Origin: Podarcis erhardii
Taxonomy: Eukaryota
NCBI GenBank assembly: GCA_964252035.1
Contig: OZ176201.1
DNA length: 64,000 nt
Strand: one strand, 5' to 3'
Part shown: positions 61,401-64,000 of the stretch, in pieces
Layout: every line of letters starts with the position of its first letter
Position numbering within the stretch: position 1 is the stretch's first letter
Program-made: the position numbers and the translations under genes
The notes under the pieces: generated by a model
What the model saw: the letters and a program-made list of their open reading frames with translations, nothing else
Told to the model about the DNA's origin: nothing
Database searches by the model: none

Positions 61401-63984
61401 ATCAGCACAAAGTCCAATTATCAGGTTCTTTCCCCTTCTTGTTTTACCAGGGCACCATCAGCCTCTTTTGCAACAGTGTCTGAAGGTCCGCTGCATACCT
61501 GTATCTGTTCCATGGTTACCAGTGTGTCTTGGGCAGCCTCAGCCAGCAGGGGGCGTGCTAATTCTAGCTCTTCCTGCATTTTTGCTACATCTTCTGCAGT
61601 TCGCAAAAGCTAGAAATGGAGGGGAAAGTCATTTTCTTATTGAACGTGCCTAGCGAAGAGGAAAATAATCTGTTGCTACAACGCTGAAAACAGTACAGAT
61701 AGTAAAGGAAAAACCTCAGAAGTAGCTTCAAGCTACTTGAAAAGAGAACCTCTTGCTTATTCTGGGCTCCACTGGAAAGTCTCTTCTATTAATCAAATTC
61801 TAGAGCACAATCCAGTCCAAGCCACAGTTAATTCTGTGTCAGAGTTCTATGCAGGTGCTCAAATCCCCCACCAAAATCAATGGTATTAAAACTGCTTAAC
61901 TTTTACTTGGCCCAGCCGTGTTTTAAAACATTATTTTACCATTGCTTTTTCTTTGTTGTTATTCCATGCTGCCACTTTTCTGCATGAAAACTGGCAGCAT
62001 TTCCTAAGAGCAGCACTATATGCTCGAAGCTTGTTTCAGGTTGTGGGTTTTTGAAATATACTCAGAGTCGCAAAATGATTTCATGCTCTTTATTCAGCTC
62101 ATAGTGGTGAGGAGGAATGAATGAAAGTCCCCTCAAAGTATCTGCTTTATATACATTATTTACACAATGGGCTGCACATGACTGGCTAATTCCGGAATTC
62201 TACTGTAAGCCAATCAGGTTGTGGATTCACTTCTATCTGGAGCATGATTGGGTGGTTCCTGCCAACCAATCATACTGCTGCATTGTTCTAGGACCCATCA
62301 GACTGCTGCATTCTGAATCCTATTGTTCTAGGACCAATCAGACTGCTGCATTTTGGATCCTATTCAACTCAGTACATAACAGTTTTGTTTTTTTTAAAAT
62401 ATAAAGTATAATGTGCTACTAAAAGTCTCAGTTTCACATAAGACCAGGGTGAACTGCACTCAGTAAAGGAAAAGAGAACATCAATATATGTGGCTTTATC
62501 TTCATTCCTTCTCTCTCTCTTTTATAGCCTTACACATTTACATAGTGAAGAAAAGAGTCTACGCCAACCTTCCCAAGTTGGTGCCCTTCAACTCTCAGCA
62601 TCCCTGACCATTGGCCATGCTGGCAGAAGCTGATGGGAGTTGAGGGTTCAGCAATTTCTAGAGGGCACCATTTTGGGTAAGGCAAGTCTTTGCTCACACC
62701 CAAATACAGATACATTGACTTTCACTAATGATATTCGGGTGTATAATGATTTGAGGTAATTAACACCAGTGACATAGCATTTACCTTAAATAAATAAATA
62801 TAATTAGGCAAATCAGTTTTCAGCTGGCAAGAAAAACATATCTGTAGGCTTTTTGGAAGATGCATGTTAATTGATCTGATTGCTGTCTTAAAATATGAAG
62901 GCTGCATGCTGAATTTTATTCTGAGTGCTTTTCAGATATTTTATTCTGCTGGATTTTATTTTGGGTGTTTTTCAGATTTATTAAAGAATGTTTAATCATT
63001 CTTTAGTCTTATTTTGGTAGTGTTTAATGTGATGCATGCTGTTATTCCAGTTATAGTCATACAAGCACCCTCTGTGTTGAGCATCTTTCTAGAGCCTTCC
63101 ATGTTGACCTCTCACTCTTCATCAGTTGCCAGCTGTGGCAGCTTCAGGTTCTCTCTCTAGGCTTCCTTCTGAATTCCCTCACTGAACTTACTGAAGACTG
63201 ATCTTCCTACTGTCCTGAGCCTGGTGTAATATTCCCTTCAGCCAATCAACATGTTTCTGTTGGAATTCCAAACCCTTATGGACCAACAGGTTTGAAAGGA
63301 ATGTCCACTAAATGACTTATCATAAACTAACCACTTTGGATGTTATTGCCCTGTACATAAAAGCTGGAACCTTGCATGTATATATCACTGTCTTCTTAGC
63401 ACGAATTAGTAACTCTGACAGTTTGAACAGCTATTTGGTAGATTACCATCAAGACTTGAATACTATGCATCTCAGAGATGGGGAGCCTGTGGCCCTCCAG
63501 ATGTTACAGAACTACAACTCCCATTATCCCAGACCACTTTTTACCTAATATTGATAGTTTCTCTAAAGGAGGCTTCCAAACCTTGACTTTCACAAGCAAT
63601 GACAATGCTTTTGCAAGTGATCAGCACAGTGACACACTATACATCAGGCCAAAATGATATTCCAAACTTTTTAGTGTGTTGTGATGGAGGGAACCTTTTA
63701 TGATGTGTTTTGCTGAAAAGGAGAAATCGGTCTATTGCTCTAAGTGCAGCCTTCAACATATGTGGTAGAACCCCAAGACTGAAGCAACTCACCTTGTCCA
63801 ATCCACTCTTCATCCTGGTTTTGGCAACTTTGAGCTCCTGCTTTTTTGCACCTATCAAGGTGGTGAAGATGCCGAGCAGCTCCAGGTAGCTTTTGGGAGT
63901 GACATAATTATGCCTTGCCAATTCTGCCAGATACACCTTGCACTTAAGTGCTACGCTCTGATGGATTTCTACACACATCTCAAT
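30785..63984 (-). CDS. DNAH1: Dynein axonemal heavy chain 1, 3' part (last 27 exons, about 1491 aa; 5' part is outside the window)
   Basis: GT-AG exons in consistent phase: 63984-63793, 61609-61499, 60437-60252, 49819-49628, 47868-47701, 47548-47357, 46895-46764, 44775-44650, 44274-44155, 43477-43328, 42741-42581, 42303-42078, 41979-41784, 40811-40660, 39582-39386, 38889-38745, 38500-38342, 37465-37334, 36750-36580, 36283-36104, 35098-34922, 34417-34247, 33521-33391, 32830-32686, 32343-32137, 31756-31522, 30906-30785 (4476 nt). Dynein motifs [52 protein letters not shown]; ends [23 protein letters not shown]...[15 protein letters not shown]. Tail-to-tail adjacency to BAP1 matches known DNAH1 synteny. 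Confidence 0.97.
31321..31443. mobile_element. Diverged hAT-type palindromic MITE
   Basis: GAACTACAACTCCCATCATCCCTGACCAC...ATGGGAGTTGTAGTCC core. Confidence 0.7.
31789..31815. repeat. (AATC)n microsatellite
   Basis: Direct tetranucleotide run about 30 nt upstream of a DNAH1 acceptor. Confidence 0.9.
34534..34630 (-). mobile_element. (AAT)n tail plus 3' end of an L2-like element
   Basis: (TAA)n followed by TTTATGTATATCCCACCCTCCCCAGCCGAAGCCGGGCCCAGGGCGGCTAACA. A near-identical 3' end lies at 56144-56240 behind an (AATAAG)n tract. Confidence 0.7.
37850..37917 (-). mobile_element. CR1 3'-end fragment
   Basis: Nearly identical to 19335-19422. Confidence 0.85.
40363..40420. repeat. Compound (CT)n(CA)n microsatellite
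   Basis: Directly visible. Confidence 0.95.
44003..44064. repeat. Perfect 31-bp tandem duplication
   Basis: TGAGATGTAAACAACATGCTTTTATAGGAAC twice (44003-44033, 44034-44064). Confidence 0.95.
45270..45900 (-). mobile_element. Degraded CR1 LINE ORF2 fragment
   Basis: CTTTTCCAGGTCTACAATAGTCTTCTTGAGATG...GAGAACTGTACATAATAGTCC...TATAAGGGCATTATGATATT is a characteristic antisense CR1 RT region. Confidence 0.7.
50400..51230 (-). mobile_element. Degraded L2 LINE reverse-transcriptase fragment
   Basis: Minus-strand ORF remnants [15 protein letters not shown] (compare L2 LVQALVISRLDYCN) and [24 protein letters not shown] (compare HSTETAL.KVTNDLL..LILLDLSAAF). Confidence 0.7.
52357..52561 (+). mobile_element. 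5'-truncated L1-like retrotransposon with poly(A) and 16-bp TSD
   Basis: TSD ATACTACCTCTGTGTC at 52341-52356 and 52562-52577. AATAAA then an A12 tail. ORF-end remnant [16 protein letters not shown]. Confidence 0.85.
52580..52611. repeat. (TGTA)n microsatellite
   Basis: Direct tetranucleotide run next to the L1 TSD. Confidence 0.9.
54258..58223 (+). CDS. Divergent HAUS augmin-like complex subunit 3 paralogue (HAUS3-like, 699 aa), nested antisense in a DNAH1 intron
   Basis: Exons 54258-55481 (acceptor at 54238-39 upstream), 56697-57139, 57527-57743, 58008-58223. All GT-AG, phases 0-2-0, no stop or frameshift. N-terminus [25 protein letters not shown]...[18 protein letters not shown] matches HAUS3 as I recall it (EFVETLKKIGYPKADNLNGEDFDWLF...SGKPILEGAALDEALKTC). 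[26 protein letters not shown] and [11 protein letters not shown] also align with HAUS3. AATAAA at 58828-58833. Confidence 0.9.
57290..57495. mobile_element. Penelope-like element terminal fragment in HAUS3-like intron 2
   Basis: CCAGTAGCACCTTAAAGACCAACTAA...GAGCTTTCGTGTGCATGCACACTTCTTCAGATAC, a typical reptile PLE terminus. Recognised by eye. Confidence 0.65.
58828..58833 (+). terminator. Candidate poly(A) signal of the HAUS3-like gene
   Basis: AATAAA about 600 nt after the TAG, followed by T-rich sequence. Confidence 0.55.
62282..62361. repeat. 40-bp tandem duplication within a CCAAT-rich repeat remnant
   Basis: ATTGTTCTAGGACC(C/A)ATCAGACTGCTGCATT(C/T)TG(A/G)ATCCT twice. Confidence 0.85.
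62560..62683. mobile_element. Diverged hAT-type palindromic MITE
   Basis: CCTTCCCAAGTTGGTGCCC...CATCCCTGACCATTGGCCATGCTGGC...GATGGGAGTTG...GGGCACCATTTTGGGTAAGG inverted ends. Confidence 0.7.
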
Positions 63985-64000
63985 CTATAAGGGGGAGGAA

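Overview
Vertebrate genomic DNA, almost certainly from a squamate and probably a lacertid lizard (inferred from Sauria SINEs, a tRNA-Lys-derived SINE, CR1/L2 fragments and lizard-type hAT and Tc1/mariner MITEs). I reconstructed exons by hand from GT-AG sites and reading-frame phase. (1) Complete BAP1 on the + strand: 17 coding exons, 13198-28009, 727 aa, starting in a CpG island. (2) The 3' part of DNAH1 on the - strand: 27 exons, 63984 down to 30785, about 1491 aa covering stalk/MTBD, AAA5, AAA6 and the C-terminus, convergent with BAP1. (3) An intact 4-coding-exon, 699-aa divergent HAUS3 (augmin subunit 3)-like gene nested antisense in a 10.4-kb DNAH1 intron (54258-58223, +). (4) A putative small spliced orphan gene head-to-head with BAP1 (- strand, about 12929 to 8787), where mammals have PHF7. 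Its 111-aa frame is restored only when a TA-flanked MITE is removed from the first coding exon. BAP1 also has a strong-Kozak uORF whose stop overlaps the main ATG. Most other entries in the ORF track are spurious (repeats, introns, antisense). Comparisons with human proteins are from memory and were not computed.
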